This document shows positions 9,945 through 25,602 of a DNA stretch of 64,000 bases, piece after piece. A program made the position numbers and the translations under genes. This DNA is from an uncultured Pelagibacteraceae bacterium (GTDB lineage: Bacteria; Pseudomonadota; Alphaproteobacteria; Pelagibacterales; Pelagibacteraceae): assembly GCA_902576765.1 (NCBI GenBank), contig CACGWH010000002.1, forward strand, positions 9,672-73,671, written 5' to 3'. Below the pieces are notes generated by a model that worked only from the letters and a program-made list of their open reading frames with translations, was not told where the DNA came from and made no database searches. Position 1 is the first letter of the stretch. Each line of letters starts with the position of its first letter.

Positions 9945-12900
9945 AAAAATTTTAGTTGTGGGTGCTGGACCAATTATCATTGGTCAAGCGTGTGAGTTTG
10001 ATTATTCAGGTACGCAGGCTTGTAAGGCTTTAAAGGATGAGGGTTATAAAGTAATTTTGATTAACTCAAATCCTGCAACTATTATGACTGATCCAGATGT
10101 GGCAGATAAAACTTACATCGAGCCGATAACTTTAGAAGTTTTAGAAAAAATTCTAAAAAAAGAAAAACCAGATGCAATTTTACCAACTATGGGTGGTCAG
10201 ACTGCACTTAATCTCGCAATGGAAGCTAAGAAAAAGGGAATTTTAAAAAAATATAAAATAGAACTTATAGGGGCAAACTCGAAAGCAATTGCCAACGCAG
10301 AAGATAGAAAAAAATTTAGAAAAAATATGATTGATATTGGTTTAGATTTACCTAAATCTGAAATTGTAAACAATTTCAATCAAGCATCTAAAGTTTTAAA
10401 AAAAATTGGTCTCCCTGCAATTATAAGACCAGCTTTTACACTTGGAGGTCTCGGTGGTGGAATTGCTAAAAATAAAAAAGACTACCTTAAAATAATTAAG
10501 AATGGACTTCATGAATCTCCGGTAAGCCAAGTGTTAGTTGAAGAGTGTTTAGAAGGCTGGAAAGAATTTGAGATGGAAGTTGTAAGAGATAAAAAAGATA
10601 ATTGTATAATCATTTGCTCAATTGAAAATGTGGATCCAATGGGAATACATACAGGAGATTCTGTTACTGTTGCTCCAGCGCTCACTTTGACAGATAAAGA
10701 GTATCAAGTAATGAGAAATGCATCTATTGCTTGTTTAAGAAAAATTGGAGTTGAGACGGGTGGATCAAATGTTCAATTCGCAATTAACCCTAAAAATGGA
10801 CGAATGGTTGTGATTGAAATGAATCCAAGAGTTTCAAGGTCATCTGCTCTTGCTTCCAAAGCAACTGGATTCCCAATCGCAAAGATTGCTGCAAAACTAG
10901 CAGTTGGTTACACTTTAGATGAATTAAAAAATGAAATTACCAAAGTAACACCTGCTTCATTTGAACCAAGTATTGATTATGTAGTAACAAAAATTCCAAG
11001 ATTTACTTTTGAAAAATTTTCAACTTCTCCAGTAACACTAGGTACATCGATGAAATCAGTTGGTGAGGCAATGGCTATAGGAAGAAACTTTAAAGAGTCT
11101 GTTCAAAAAGCATTTGTATCTCTTGAAACTGGTTTTTCAGGATTAGATAGAATTTTCAAATTAAACAAAAAACAGATTGAAAAAAAACTTAAGGAAAATA
11201 TTCCAAATAAACTCCTGCTGGTCGCTGAAGCTATTAGAAAAAAGATTAATCTAAAAAAAATTTATAATTTATCGAGGATAGACCCTTGGTTCTTAGAACA
11301 AATAAAAGAAATTGTAGATACTGAAATTAAAATAAAGAATGAAGGAATTCCAAAAAATTTTATAGAATTCAATAAGATTAAATCTATAGGATTTTCCGAT
11401 AAAAAATTATCAGAATTATCAAATACAACAGAAGAAATTATAAGAAAAAAAAGAACAGCACTTAAAATACTCCCAGTATATAAAAAAGTAGATACTTGTG
11501 CTGCTGAGTTTAAATCATTTACTCCTTATATGTATTCAACTTATCAAAGAAATTTCTCTTTTAATACTGAATGTGAGGCAGAGCCCTCAGGTAAGAAAAA
11601 AATAATAATTCTTGGTGGTGGACCAAATAGAATAGGACAAGGAATTGAATTCGATTATTGCTGTTGCCAAGCAAGTTTTTCCTTAAAAGATGCAGGTTTT
11701 GAAACTATTATGGTCAATTGCAATCCTGAAACAGTTTCAACTGACTACGATACTAGTGATCGATTATACTTTGAACCGCTTAAAGAAGAATATGTTTTTA
11801 ATATTATTAAAAAAGAGCAAGAAAGAGGTAACCTTATTGGTGTGATAGCTCAATTTGGTGGTCAAACACCTATTAAACTTGCTAAATTTTTATATGAAAA
11901 CAAACTTCCAATTTTAGGAACTCAATATACTTCAATTGATTTAGCAGAAGATAGAGATAGATTTAGAGATCTTTTAAATAAACTAAAACTTAAACAAGCT
12001 GAAAGTGGAATTGCAAAAACGTATAAACAAGCAATTAAAATTGCTGAAAAAATTGGTCTACCATTAATAGTCAGACCATCATATGTGCTGGGAGGGAGAG
12101 CAATGGAAATTGTTTATGAAAAAAGTCAGCTTAGAAATTTTGTTGAAGAAGCATTCAAGGCAGCAGAAGAAAATCCAATATTAATCGATAAATTTATAGA
12201 TCATGCCATGGAAGTTGATGTAGATGCAATATCAGATGGAAAAACAGTGCATGTTGCTGGAATTATGCAGCATATCGAAGAAGCCGGGATTCACTCTGGA
12301 GACTCGGCTTGTAGCTTACCCCCTATATCTATTAAACCTTATTTAATTAAAAAAATTGAAAATCAAACAAAAAAATTAGCTATATCTTTAAAAGTTAAGG
12401 GTTTTATGAATATACAATTTGCAATTAAAAAAGATGAAATTTTCGTAATTGAGGTAAATCCTAGAGCAAGCAGAACAGTTCCATTTGTATCTAAAGCAAA
12501 AGGTATACCTTTAGCTAAAATTGCATCTAGAATTATGGCTGGTGAAAAATTAACCAATTTTAATTTAAATGATAAGTCTGGAGGAATGTATGCTGTCAAA
12601 GAAGCTGTATTTCCCTTTAATAAATTTCCTAACAGTGATTTACTTTTAGGTCCAGAAATGAAATCAACTGGTGAAGTTATGGGTTTTGATAAAGATTTTG
12701 GTTTAGCATTTGCAAAAAGCCAAATTGCTTCTGCAAATTCTCTTCCTAAAAAAGGTTTAGCGTTTATATCTTTGAAAGACTCACATAAAGATGAAGGAAT
12801 AAGTCTTTCACAAAAACTTTTAAAGTTAAATTTTACTTTATGTGCAACAAAAGGAACTGCTGAATACATTAAAAAACATGGTATGAGATGTAAAATTATC

Positions 12901-13149
12901 AATAAAGTTAGCAGTGGTTCACCTCACATAGTAGATATTTTAGACTCCAAAAAAATAGCTTTAGTAATAAACACTGGCGGGGGAAATAGTGAGCACAGGC
13001 TTAGTGATGCTATTGCACTTAGAAGAGCGACATTAAAAAATAAAGTTCCTTACTGTACGAACATGTCGACAGCACTTGCGTGTATAGAAGGGATTAAATC
13101 CCTAAAGAAAAAAAAGATAGAAGTTACCTCTCTTCAAGAAATTAAATAA
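9922..13149 (+). CDS. carB: Carbamoyl-phosphate synthase large subunit
   Basis: [30 protein letters not shown] start at ATG 9922; duplicated ATP-grasp domains; C-terminal MGS domain. Confidence 0.98.
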   Translation: MPKRKDIKKILVVGAGPIIIGQACEFDYSGTQACKALKDEGYKVILINSNPATIMTDPDVADKTYIEPITLEVLEKILKKEKPDAILPTMGGQTALNLAMEAKKKGILKKYKIELIGANSKAIANAEDRKKFRKNMIDIGLDLPKSEIVNNFNQASKVLKKIGLPAIIRPAFTLGGLGGGIAKNKKDYLKIIKNGLHESPVSQVLVEECLEGWKEFEMEVVRDKKDNCIIICSIENVDPMGIHTGDSVTVAPALTLTDKEYQVMRNASIACLRKIGVETGGSNVQFAINPKNGRMVVIEMNPRVSRSSALASKATGFPIAKIAAKLAVGYTLDELKNEITKVTPASFEPSIDYVVTKIPRFTFEKFSTSPVTLGTSMKSVGEAMAIGRNFKESVQKAFVSLETGFSGLDRIFKLNKKQIEKKLKENIPNKLLLVAEAIRKKINLKKIYNLSRIDPWFLEQIKEIVDTEIKIKNEGIPKNFIEFNKIKSIGFSDKKLSELSNTTEEIIRKKRTALKILPVYKKVDTCAAEFKSFTPYMYSTYQRNFSFNTECEAEPSGKKKIIILGGGPNRIGQGIEFDYCCCQASFSLKDAGFETIMVNCNPETVSTDYDTSDRLYFEPLKEEYVFNIIKKEQERGNLIGVIAQFGGQTPIKLAKFLYENKLPILGTQYTSIDLAEDRDRFRDLLNKLKLKQAESGIAKTYKQAIKIAEKIGLPLIVRPSYVLGGRAMEIVYEKSQLRNFVEEAFKAAEENPILIDKFIDHAMEVDVDAISDGKTVHVAGIMQHIEEAGIHSGDSACSLPPISIKPYLIKKIENQTKKLAISLKVKGFMNIQFAIKKDEIFVIEVNPRASRTVPFVSKAKGIPLAKIASRIMAGEKLTNFNLNDKSGGMYAVKEAVFPFNKFPNSDLLLGPEMKSTGEVMGFDKDFGLAFAKSQIASANSLPKKGLAFISLKDSHKDEGISLSQKLLKLNFTLCATKGTAEYIKKHGMRCKIINKVSSGSPHIVDILDSKKIALVINTGGGNSEHRLSDAIALRRATLKNKVPYCTNMSTALACIEGIKSLKKKKIEVTSLQEIK

Positions 13150-13245
13150 CTAAATTCAATTTCAAGTTGTGTATCTTAATACACTCTTTAGTTGAATAAA
13201 TTTTTTTCTCAAATTCCTATGTACCCAAAATGATTAACAACTTAC

Positions 13246-13274
13246 TTGATATAAATTTTTAAAATTTCTAAAAT
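13246..13274 (+). promoter_or_regulatory. Putative sigma-70 promoter for the 81-aa orphan gene
   Basis: TTGATA (13246-13251) - 17 nt - TAAAAT (13269-13274), 13 nt before ATG 13288. The AT-rich background raises the chance-match rate. Confidence 0.5.
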
Positions 13275-13287
13275 TTACTTATTAAAT

Positions 13288-13533
13288 ATGAGTTCAGAAC
13301 TTCACAAATATATTGAAAAAGCAATCGATAAAAAAGAGAATTTACTTAAAGCAAAAATTTTAAAATTCCCAAATGAAAAAAATCAAAATTATGCTTTTGA
13401 TTTGAAGAAAAAAAAAACTGATCATTGGAGAATTAGTGATAAATCTAATAATGATCAATTAAAAGCTATTACAGGTATTTGTTTTACAATAGGAATTTTA
13501 ACTTTAGTTGGTTTGTACTCAAACTTGATGTAG
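13288..13533 (+). CDS. Hypothetical tail-anchored small membrane protein
   Basis: 81 aa, ATG start, soluble N-part and single C-terminal TM (AITGICFTIGILTLVGLY); fills an otherwise empty gap. Confidence 0.65.
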   Translation: MSSELHKYIEKAIDKKENLLKAKILKFPNEKNQNYAFDLKKKKTDHWRISDKSNNDQLKAITGICFTIGILTLVGLYSNLM

Positions 13534-13543
13534 CAAATTTTAA

Positions 13544-14206
13544 TTATTCAACTTTCCAATCTGTTGAAAATGTAACGTAATTTACTTGTATACAACGTCT
13601 TTCTTTAACAATTTTTTTCTTTTCCATACCATGCCAAGTATTTGGTCCACTTGTGAATAAGTAACCATAATTGTGTTTATATGGAACAGTTTTAACTTTT
13701 TCCAATTTTTCATTATAAAAATCAGTTCCTAAATCCTCAGACTCATTTGCATGATTTACAAAAATTAAACCTGACATCAATTTTTCCTGAATATCACAAT
13801 GAGGTTTCAGCCAAAATCCTTCACGGTCACAGATTACCTCAACTCTCACATATGAATTAGATAAATCTTTGTTAATCATTTTAGAAATAGTTTCATAAGT
13901 TTTTTTTGATTGTAAATCTCTAATAAATTTTACTAAGTTTGGAAATTGAGTTGCATTTTCTTTTGTAATAAAGCATCGGAATTTAAGAGCTTTTCCTCCT
14001 GAAGAAATACCCTTTCTGAACTCAGCTGCTCCATCGTCAATTGCTCTGGTACCATCGTATGTTAAATCATTTTTTGTTAGGTCTGGGATATCCGCCTTTA
14101 TAATTTCTTGAATTGTCTCATCAGTTAAAGGATTATTATACTCCCAATGATCAAAGGGATAATCACTTTTTTTTGATTGATTTAAAATTGAGTCAAGAAA
14201 AGTCAT
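13544..14206 (-). CDS. 2OG-Fe(II) oxygenase superfamily protein
   Basis: HxD (WLKPHCD), distal His (TWHG) and Arg (RRCIQVNY). Confidence 0.8.
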   Translation of the reverse strand: MTFLDSILNQSKKSDYPFDHWEYNNPLTDETIQEIIKADIPDLTKNDLTYDGTRAIDDGAAEFRKGISSGGKALKFRCFITKENATQFPNLVKFIRDLQSKKTYETISKMINKDLSNSYVRVEVICDREGFWLKPHCDIQEKLMSGLIFVNHANESEDLGTDFYNEKLEKVKTVPYKHNYGYLFTSGPNTWHGMEKKKIVKERRCIQVNYVTFSTDWKVE

Positions 14207-15143
14207 ATTTTTTTAATTGTTCCTTGATATAACTTGAAATTCTATCAGTTTCATTAAGTTTTTTATAATTCCAATTTTCAACTGAATTTTCTAAATCTTT
14301 TGTTATGTTTAGAGATCTAAATAACTCAAAAAATTTTTTAAACCTTTGATTTTTTTTTATATTTGGCATCTGGGCTACATAGATTGGCTTACCTGTCATA
14401 GCTGCTTCTGATATCATTGATGTAGAGTCACAAGTTACTATTATATGATCTGCTAATTTTAATGCTGAAAGATAAGCTTTTTTATCAACTTCTTTGATAA
14501 TTATTTGATTATCATCAAAATATTCATTTGCTATATTAATTATTTTTTGAGGAGTTCTCATTGATGGAATAAAGATTATTTGATATCCATTATCTATAAA
14601 ATTTTTTTTTACTTTGTTAAAAATTTTCTCAATTTCACTCTCATCATAATTGTAGTATTTATTGGGTCCTCCGACAATAAAACTTAGGATTTTTTCACTA
14701 TTAATTTGAGATTTTAAGTAAGATTGAGATTCATTTAACTCGCTTTCTCTTAAATAATGAATTGCACCTTTACTTGATAATACATTCGAGCCGGAAAGAT
14801 CATCATGTTCAGGGGCTATGATATAATCAAAGTTATTTAATGATACTTTAGGATCCTGAATATGAATATTCATTATTTTATTTTTCAATTTATTCTTAAG
14901 ATAAATAGATGGAATTACACTTTTCCTTCCACAGGAAATAACAATATCAAAATTGTTTCCCAATTTATTTTTAAAAACAAAATCTTTGACAGGTGTGAAT
15001 TTTGGAGGAATCATCTTCCAAAAACTGTTTAGCTCAATTTTTTCGTGTATAAAGTCTAGGTCTAAAGCTTTAGCAAGACCTTCAACTTGGCTAATCATGC
15101 CATGCATTCCCTCGGTCAATAATAAACCTTTTAATTTAGTCAT
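14193..15143 (-). CDS. ELM1 (mitochondrial fission)-family / GT-B-like protein
   Basis: GMISQVEGLA, ISCGRK, IHIQDP, PEHD, SMRTP, VTCDSTSMISEAAMTGKP motifs. Confidence 0.85.
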   Translation of the reverse strand: MTKLKGLLLTEGMHGMISQVEGLAKALDLDFIHEKIELNSFWKMIPPKFTPVKDFVFKNKLGNNFDIVISCGRKSVIPSIYLKNKLKNKIMNIHIQDPKVSLNNFDYIIAPEHDDLSGSNVLSSKGAIHYLRESELNESQSYLKSQINSEKILSFIVGGPNKYYNYDESEIEKIFNKVKKNFIDNGYQIIFIPSMRTPQKIINIANEYFDDNQIIIKEVDKKAYLSALKLADHIIVTCDSTSMISEAAMTGKPIYVAQMPNIKKNQRFKKFFELFRSLNITKDLENSVENWNYKKLNETDRISSYIKEQLKKYDFS

Positions 15144-15164
15144 TAATCACTATATAGCTTTCAT

Positions 15165-19485
<4,321 letters not shown>

Positions 19486-19504
<19 letters not shown>

Positions 19505-20241
19505 TTATTACTGGTGGGGCAACTAGAATAGGTGCTGCAATAGCTGAAAAATTATCAGGACCAAATAAACAAATTATAATTCATTATAATAAATCAAAAG
19601 TAAAAGCTGAAAATTTAAAAAAGAGGCTTCAAAATAATGGGTCGAAAATTCATTTAGTAAAGGGAGATCTTAGTAAGGAAAAAGATATCATTAAAATTAT
19701 TAAATTCTCAAAATCAAAAATGAAATTTTTTGACTGCTTAATAAATAATGCCTCATTATTTGAAAATGATAAATTAGAAAATTTTTCATCTAAAAGCTGG
19801 GAAAAACATATTTCTACAAATCTTAAAGCTCCCGCTTTTTTATCTAAAGAATTTTCAAAAAATGTCAGAGGCAAAAATAACAATATTATCAACATAATTG
19901 ATCAAAGAATATTTAAGCTTACTCCATATTTCTTCTCATACACATTAAGTAAAACAGGCCTTTATACTTTAACAAAAACAAGCGCGATGAGTTTGTCACC
20001 AAACATAAGAGTTAATGGAATAGCACCTGGACCAACAATTAAAAACAGAAGACAATCGGAAAAACATTTTAAAAGTCAATATTTAGCTACACCCCTTAAA
20101 CAGCAAGTTAATGTTAATGAGATTTGTAATGCAGTTGACTTTTTTATAAAAAATAGTTCTATTACAGGTCAAGTTTTGGCAATAGATAGTGGTCAAAGCT
20201 TAAATTGGCAAACACCAGATATAATGAAAGGTAAAGAATGA
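19486..20241 (+). CDS. SDR oxidoreductase, pteridine reductase/FolM-like
   Basis: [26 protein letters not shown]; near folB. Confidence 0.8.
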
Positions 20242-21371
20242 AAAGAATAATTCTAGTAATATTTGCAATTTTTTTTACAACAAATCTTTTGGCACATTCA
20301 ACAAATATAGATTTTAACTCTAAAGATAATTGTACCAAAAGAAAATCAATGTTGAATGGTATTGCTAAATTAAAAACTCACAAAGGTGGAGAGATAATAA
20401 AATTTAACTCATATACTGGATTTGATCAAAGAACAGTATTAATAGATGGACATCTCCGAAATCCAATTGAGATTACAGGATATCTACAATTACCAAAAGG
20501 AACAGATAAAGTTCCGATAGTAATTTATACCCATAGCAGCGGCGGCCCAGGCGATTATGTATGGAATGACTTTGTTTATCATGCAACACAAAATCTTTTA
20601 AAAGAAGGTATCGGAGTATTATATATAGATAATTTTTGTCCTAGAGGCGCAAGAGCAACTTGGAGGGATCAGTCTAAAGTGCCTCTAATTAATGGTGCAA
20701 TTGATGCTATGATGGCATTAAAAGTTTTACAATCACATCCAAGATCTAATGGAAAATTTGGAACCACAGGTCACTCGAGGGGTGGAACTAACTCCTTGTT
20801 TTTAGCTGATGTAAAATTTACTTCAAAATTTCTTGAAGGCACGAAAGGTTTTGATGCAATTCTACCAGAAGCAGCTGAATGTAGAATGGCTGGTTTTTTT
20901 GCGGAACCAGAATTAACCTCTAATACAACATTACTTGTAATACACGGAGCTGCAGATGATTGGACTTTAGCTAAGTTTTGTAAAGAACACGCAGAGAGAA
21001 TTAAAGCTCCACCAGGTAAAGTAAAAATTGATATTAAAGAAGGCTGGTACCATGTTTGGCACGCTGGTAAAAAACCTTGGAGAGAAAAAATGGCAATGAC
21101 ACTTCATGATTGTCCTGATGTATATATTGATAATAACGGTAAAGTTATCAATCCAATATGGAAAGAGTGGCTAATAGACAAATATAAATTTTTTCCTAGT
21201 GAAGAGGCTTGGTACGAAGCTGCTCAAAATAAACCAAGAAAAACTTTCAAAAAAATTTTTAAAGCTATGAAGAAAGAAAAATGTCTCTCTAGAGGTGTTA
21301 CCATAGGTGGAGATAATATGGATGTATATATGCCTCAATTCATCAATTTCTTTAAAGAAAATTTGCTATAA
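20238..21371 (+). CDS. Exported alpha/beta hydrolase, dienelactone-hydrolase-like
   Basis: Signal peptide ([19 protein letters not shown]), GHSRGG nucleophile elbow, HGAADD, WYH. Confidence 0.75.
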   Translation: MKRIILVIFAIFFTTNLLAHSTNIDFNSKDNCTKRKSMLNGIAKLKTHKGGEIIKFNSYTGFDQRTVLIDGHLRNPIEITGYLQLPKGTDKVPIVIYTHSSGGPGDYVWNDFVYHATQNLLKEGIGVLYIDNFCPRGARATWRDQSKVPLINGAIDAMMALKVLQSHPRSNGKFGTTGHSRGGTNSLFLADVKFTSKFLEGTKGFDAILPEAAECRMAGFFAEPELTSNTTLLVIHGAADDWTLAKFCKEHAERIKAPPGKVKIDIKEGWYHVWHAGKKPWREKMAMTLHDCPDVYIDNNGKVINPIWKEWLIDKYKFFPSEEAWYEAAQNKPRKTFKKIFKAMKKEKCLSRGVTIGGDNMDVYMPQFINFFKENLL

Positions 21372-21797
21372 ATGAGAAAAAATAATTTTAAGATTGTTAA
21401 AATTGATAAATCCAAAAGCTTATTTAACTATGAGAAAAAAATTTTAATTAATGAACTTATTTTGGATTTAAAGCTTGGCTATTATGATTTTGAGAAAGAG
21501 AAGGCACAAAAAGTAAAATTTAGTTTGGAAATTGATTATCAAGATAAAAAACCTTCGAATGATAAAGATCTCAGATCAATCGTAAATTATGCAACTATTG
21601 TAAAATTAATAAAAAAACTTATTAAAAAGAAGCACTATAATTTCTTAGAAACTTTAGCTGAAGCCGTTTTTGATGAGCTTTTCAAAGATAAGAGAATAGG
21701 TAAAATAATGCTTAAAATTGAAAAATTAGAAATTATGAAACAATGTTCATCTGTTGGTATTCAAATTACAAAAAAAAGAAGTCATGATAAGTTCTGA
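21372..21797 (+). CDS. folB: Dihydroneopterin aldolase
   Basis: [27 protein letters not shown]. Confidence 0.85.
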   Translation: MRKNNFKIVKIDKSKSLFNYEKKILINELILDLKLGYYDFEKEKAQKVKFSLEIDYQDKKPSNDKDLRSIVNYATIVKLIKKLIKKKHYNFLETLAEAVFDELFKDKRIGKIMLKIEKLEIMKQCSSVGIQITKKRSHDKF

Positions 21798-23619
21798 GAT
21801 TGGTAAAGAAGTAATAAAAAAAGAACTACCTTTAGTTCCAAAATTACCAGGTGTTTATAGGATGCTTAATGATAAAGGAGATATCCTTTACGTTGGGAAA
21901 GCAAAAAATTTACCTAATAGACTCAAAAGCTATGTCGCTGAAAAAAATCATATTATTAGAACAGAGAGGATGCTGTCTCAAACGAGAAAATTGGAAATAA
22001 CTACAACTTCTAATGAGAGTGAAGCTTTACTGCTTGAAGCAAATTTAATTAAAAAATATAAACCAAAATTTAATATTCTTTTACGAGATGATAAATCTTT
22101 CCCATTCATCTTTATTGGAAATAAAGATAAGTGGTCTCAAATAAAAAGGCATAGAGGAAAAAAAACAAAAGAAGGTTTTTACTTTGGGCCTTTTGCCTCA
22201 GCAGGTTCGGCTAATTGGACAATTAAAATGATCCAAAAAATTTTTCACTTAAGAGTTTGTGATGATACAGTATTTAAAAATAGACAACGTCCTTGTATTT
22301 TATATCAGATAAAAAGATGCTCAGGACCATGTGTTGGATATATTGACGAAGACGAGTATAAAAAAACCGTCGAGGATGCAATTGAATTCGTCTCAGGTAA
22401 ATCTAGAAAAATACAAAAAAATCTTTCAGATCAAATGGAAAAAGCTAGTGATGATTTAGATTTTGAAAAGGCAGTAATATTAAGAGATAGAATTAAATCT
22501 TTAAACATTATTCAGTCTTCTCAAAGAATTAATGAGGCAAATTTGATTGAGGCAGATGTAATTGCTGGCTATAAAGAATCTGGCAAAACTTGTATTCAAG
22601 TTTTCTTTTACCGTTCAAAACAAAATTGGGGCAATCAAGCTTTTTTTCCTAAACATGATCCGGATGAAAAATTAAGTGATATATTGAATTCTTTTGTTTC
22701 TCAATTTTATGAGAATAAAGGTGTTCCTTCATCAATAATATTATCTGAGGAGATAAAAGAAAAAGATTTGATAGAAAAAACTCTTTCTCATAAAGAGGAA
22801 AAACAAATTGATATTTCTGTTGCAAAAAAAGGTTCGAAATTAAAAGTAATTAATCAAGCAATAAAAAATGCAAAAGATAGTCTAAATAGAAAACTGTATG
22901 AGAGTCAGAATAACAGAGAATTATTTGATGCTGTTGCTGGTAAATTTAGTTTAGAGACAAATATAAATTTGATTGAAGTTTATGATAACAGTCATATCCA
23001 AGGAACTAATAGTATTGGAGCATTGATTGCTTATGGTGATGAAGGATTTATTAAAAAAAGATACAGAAAATTTAATATAAAAATAAAAAAAAATGAACAA
23101 GATGACTATGGTATGATGCGTGAAGTGCTAAACCGAAGATTCAAAAGAGCTATCCAAGAAAAAGATAATTATCTTACTTTTCCTGATCTAGTTCTAATCG
23201 ATGGTGGAAAAGGTCAATATTCTGTTGCAAGAGAAACACTCAACGAACTTGGCCTTCACGATTTGCCAATAGTAGCAATAGCTAAAGGGAAACAAAGAAA
23301 TAGTGGTAATGAAACTTTTTTTCATAATGGAAAAGAGTTTAAATTTACAAAAAATGACCCAACTCTTTTTTTTCTCCAAAGAATAAGAGATGAGTCTCAT
23401 AGATTTGCGATAAGTGCTCACAGAGCAAAAAGGAAAAAGGGAATTAGCAAATCTTTACTTGATCAAATTGAGGGCATAGGGTCTATTAGAAAAAGAGCTT
23501 TATTAAATCATTTTGGTTCAGCAAGAGCCGTGGAGTCTGCAAGTTTAGATGAAATTAAATCAGTAGAAGGTGTTGAAGAAAAAGTTGCAAAAAAGATATA
23601 TAACTTCTTTCACGAATAA
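21784..23619 (+). CDS. uvrC: Excinuclease ABC subunit C
   Basis: GIY-YIG (PGVY...YVGKA), Cys cluster, DNSH, DGGKGQ, HhH tail; start taken at ATG 21784. Confidence 0.97.
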   Translation: MISSEIGKEVIKKELPLVPKLPGVYRMLNDKGDILYVGKAKNLPNRLKSYVAEKNHIIRTERMLSQTRKLEITTTSNESEALLLEANLIKKYKPKFNILLRDDKSFPFIFIGNKDKWSQIKRHRGKKTKEGFYFGPFASAGSANWTIKMIQKIFHLRVCDDTVFKNRQRPCILYQIKRCSGPCVGYIDEDEYKKTVEDAIEFVSGKSRKIQKNLSDQMEKASDDLDFEKAVILRDRIKSLNIIQSSQRINEANLIEADVIAGYKESGKTCIQVFFYRSKQNWGNQAFFPKHDPDEKLSDILNSFVSQFYENKGVPSSIILSEEIKEKDLIEKTLSHKEEKQIDISVAKKGSKLKVINQAIKNAKDSLNRKLYESQNNRELFDAVAGKFSLETNINLIEVYDNSHIQGTNSIGALIAYGDEGFIKKRYRKFNIKIKKNEQDDYGMMREVLNRRFKRAIQEKDNYLTFPDLVLIDGGKGQYSVARETLNELGLHDLPIVAIAKGKQRNSGNETFFHNGKEFKFTKNDPTLFFLQRIRDESHRFAISAHRAKRKKGISKSLLDQIEGIGSIRKRALLNHFGSARAVESASLDEIKSVEGVEEKVAKKIYNFFHE

Positions 23620-23628
23620 GAAATATTT

Positions 23629-24213
23629 ATGCTGAAAAAAATACCAAATATTTTAACAGTGGGTCGAATTTTAATTGTACCTTTTTTTGTATTAGCATTT
23701 TATTTACCAGGTTTTTATGGAGATCTAACAGCTTTAATTTTATTTATTGTTGCATCCTTTACAGATTTTTTAGATGGAATGTTAGCAAGACTCCTTGGAC
23801 AAGAGTCTAAACTTGGCGAACTTCTAGATCCAATAGCAGATAAAATTATCGTAGCTACTGCGCTTATTCTATTAGTAATGGATGGAACAATACGTAACTA
23901 TGAAGTTATTGCTGCAATAATTATTCTAACGAGAGAAATTTTAATTTCTGGCTTAAGGGAATTTTTAGCAAAAGGAAAAATAAAATTACCAGTTTCTAAT
24001 CTAGCTAAATTAAAAACAGTTTTACAAATGGTATCTATCGCTTTGTTACTATCAGGAGATACAGGAAATAAAATTATTAATTTTCAAGATTACAATGCAC
24101 AGACTATTGGTATAATACTTCTTTGGCTTTCAGCTATTTTAACCTTATTTACCGGTTATGAATACATTAGAAGAGGAATTGATCATGCTATTTCTGAAGA
24201 CAACAAAGATTAG
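23629..24213 (+). CDS. pgsA: CDP-diacylglycerol--glycerol-3-phosphate 3-phosphatidyltransferase
   Basis: DFLDGMLAR...LGELLDPIADK; uvrC-pgsA synteny. Confidence 0.95.
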   Translation: MLKKIPNILTVGRILIVPFFVLAFYLPGFYGDLTALILFIVASFTDFLDGMLARLLGQESKLGELLDPIADKIIVATALILLVMDGTIRNYEVIAAIIILTREILISGLREFLAKGKIKLPVSNLAKLKTVLQMVSIALLLSGDTGNKIINFQDYNAQTIGIILLWLSAILTLFTGYEYIRRGIDHAISEDNKD

Positions 24214-25091
24214 GCAGCTTTTTTCTTCTTAACCAAGAGTTGGTAACTCTCATTAAGATCAATAATTGTCTGACAAACTTTAAATTGATATTCGGCAATA
24301 CAAGAAACAGGCGTAACCTCAGCTGCTGTTCCAGTTAAAAAACACCCAGCAAAATTTTTCAACTCTTCAGGACTAATTTTTCTTTCATGAACTTTTATAT
24401 TTTTAGATTTAGCAATATCAATAACTGTCCTTCTCGTAATTCCATCTAAAAACGAATCCGGAATTGGTGTATGCAATTCACCTTTTTTGTCCTTAAAAAA
24501 AATATTAGCACCTGTTGCCTCTGCAACGTTTCCTTCATGATCCAACATAAGCGAGTCGGTATAGCCTTGTTTTTCAGCTTCATGTTTTGACAAAGTACAA
24601 ATCATATAGAGACCTGATGCTTTCGTATCCCATGGGATTGTGTTTGGTGCAGGTCTTCTCCAACTCGAAATATTTAATTTTATACCCTCTACTTTTAGTT
24701 TTGGATCAAAATATGATCCCCATTCCCATGTTGCGATAGCTACATGAATTTTTGTTTGTTGAGCTGAAATTGCCATCATTTCACTTCCTCTCCAAGCAAC
24801 TGGTCTAACATATCCATTCTCAACTTTTTGAGTGGCAATTATTTTTTTTGATGCAGAATTGATTTCATCTTCAGTGTAGGGAATATCAAATCCCATTCTT
24901 CTTGCAGAGTGAAAAAGTCTAGAGGTATGTTCCTCTAATTTAAAAATAGAGCCATCATAGACTCTTTCTCCCTCGAAGACACAACTTGCGTAATGTAAGC
25001 CATGACTTAAAACATGTACTTTTACGTCTGACCAATCAACTAATTCGCCATTGTACCATATTTTTCCAGATCTTTTGTCGTAGGGTATCAT
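24210..25091 (-). CDS. ilvE: Branched-chain amino acid aminotransferase
   Basis: LHYASCVFEG, EATGANIF, LDGITR, GTAAEV. Confidence 0.93.
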   Translation of the reverse strand: MIPYDKRSGKIWYNGELVDWSDVKVHVLSHGLHYASCVFEGERVYDGSIFKLEEHTSRLFHSARRMGFDIPYTEDEINSASKKIIATQKVENGYVRPVAWRGSEMMAISAQQTKIHVAIATWEWGSYFDPKLKVEGIKLNISSWRRPAPNTIPWDTKASGLYMICTLSKHEAEKQGYTDSLMLDHEGNVAEATGANIFFKDKKGELHTPIPDSFLDGITRRTVIDIAKSKNIKVHERKISPEELKNFAGCFLTGTAAEVTPVSCIAEYQFKVCQTIIDLNESYQLLVKKKKAA

Positions 25092-25164
25092 TTTTGAAAC
25101 ATAAAAAAAATTATTACCAAAAAATATCTTTGTATCTATAATATGTCAATATAACTTACCTATA

Positions 25165-25602
25165 ATGAAAGAACTTTTATATCTAAAAGATGATCAATTA
25201 AAAGACTTAATTGAAAAATTATTTATTGGATATCGAGAAACATTTTCTGACTCTAAAAAAATTCTTGATAAATACTCAATTGGTTTAGCTCACCAAAAAG
25301 TAATTCATTTACTGTCGATGTATGAGGGTATTTCAATATCAGAGTTGTTGAAAAAATTAAAAGTTACAAAACAAAGCTTAAATAGAGTTTTAAAAGATTT
25401 AATCAAGTTAGAGATTATTAATTTTAAAAAAGATGATCAAGATACTAGAATAAAACACGTATTTCTTAATGATAAAGGTAAAAAAATATTTGAAGAAATT
25501 TTTGTTGTACAAAAAAAAAGGATTTACAATGCGTTGTTAAGTTCTAGCTCTGAAGAAGTAATCAATTTTGACAGTGTATTAAAAAAAATAATAAATGGAT
25601 AA
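25165..25602 (+). CDS. MarR-family transcriptional regulator (PetP-like)
   Basis: wHTH VTKQSLNRVLKDL...DTRIK; divergent from ilvE and upstream of the response regulator. Confidence 0.85.
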   Translation: MKELLYLKDDQLKDLIEKLFIGYRETFSDSKKILDKYSIGLAHQKVIHLLSMYEGISISELLKKLKVTKQSLNRVLKDLIKLEIINFKKDDQDTRIKHVFLNDKGKKIFEEIFVVQKKRIYNALLSSSSEEVINFDSVLKKIING

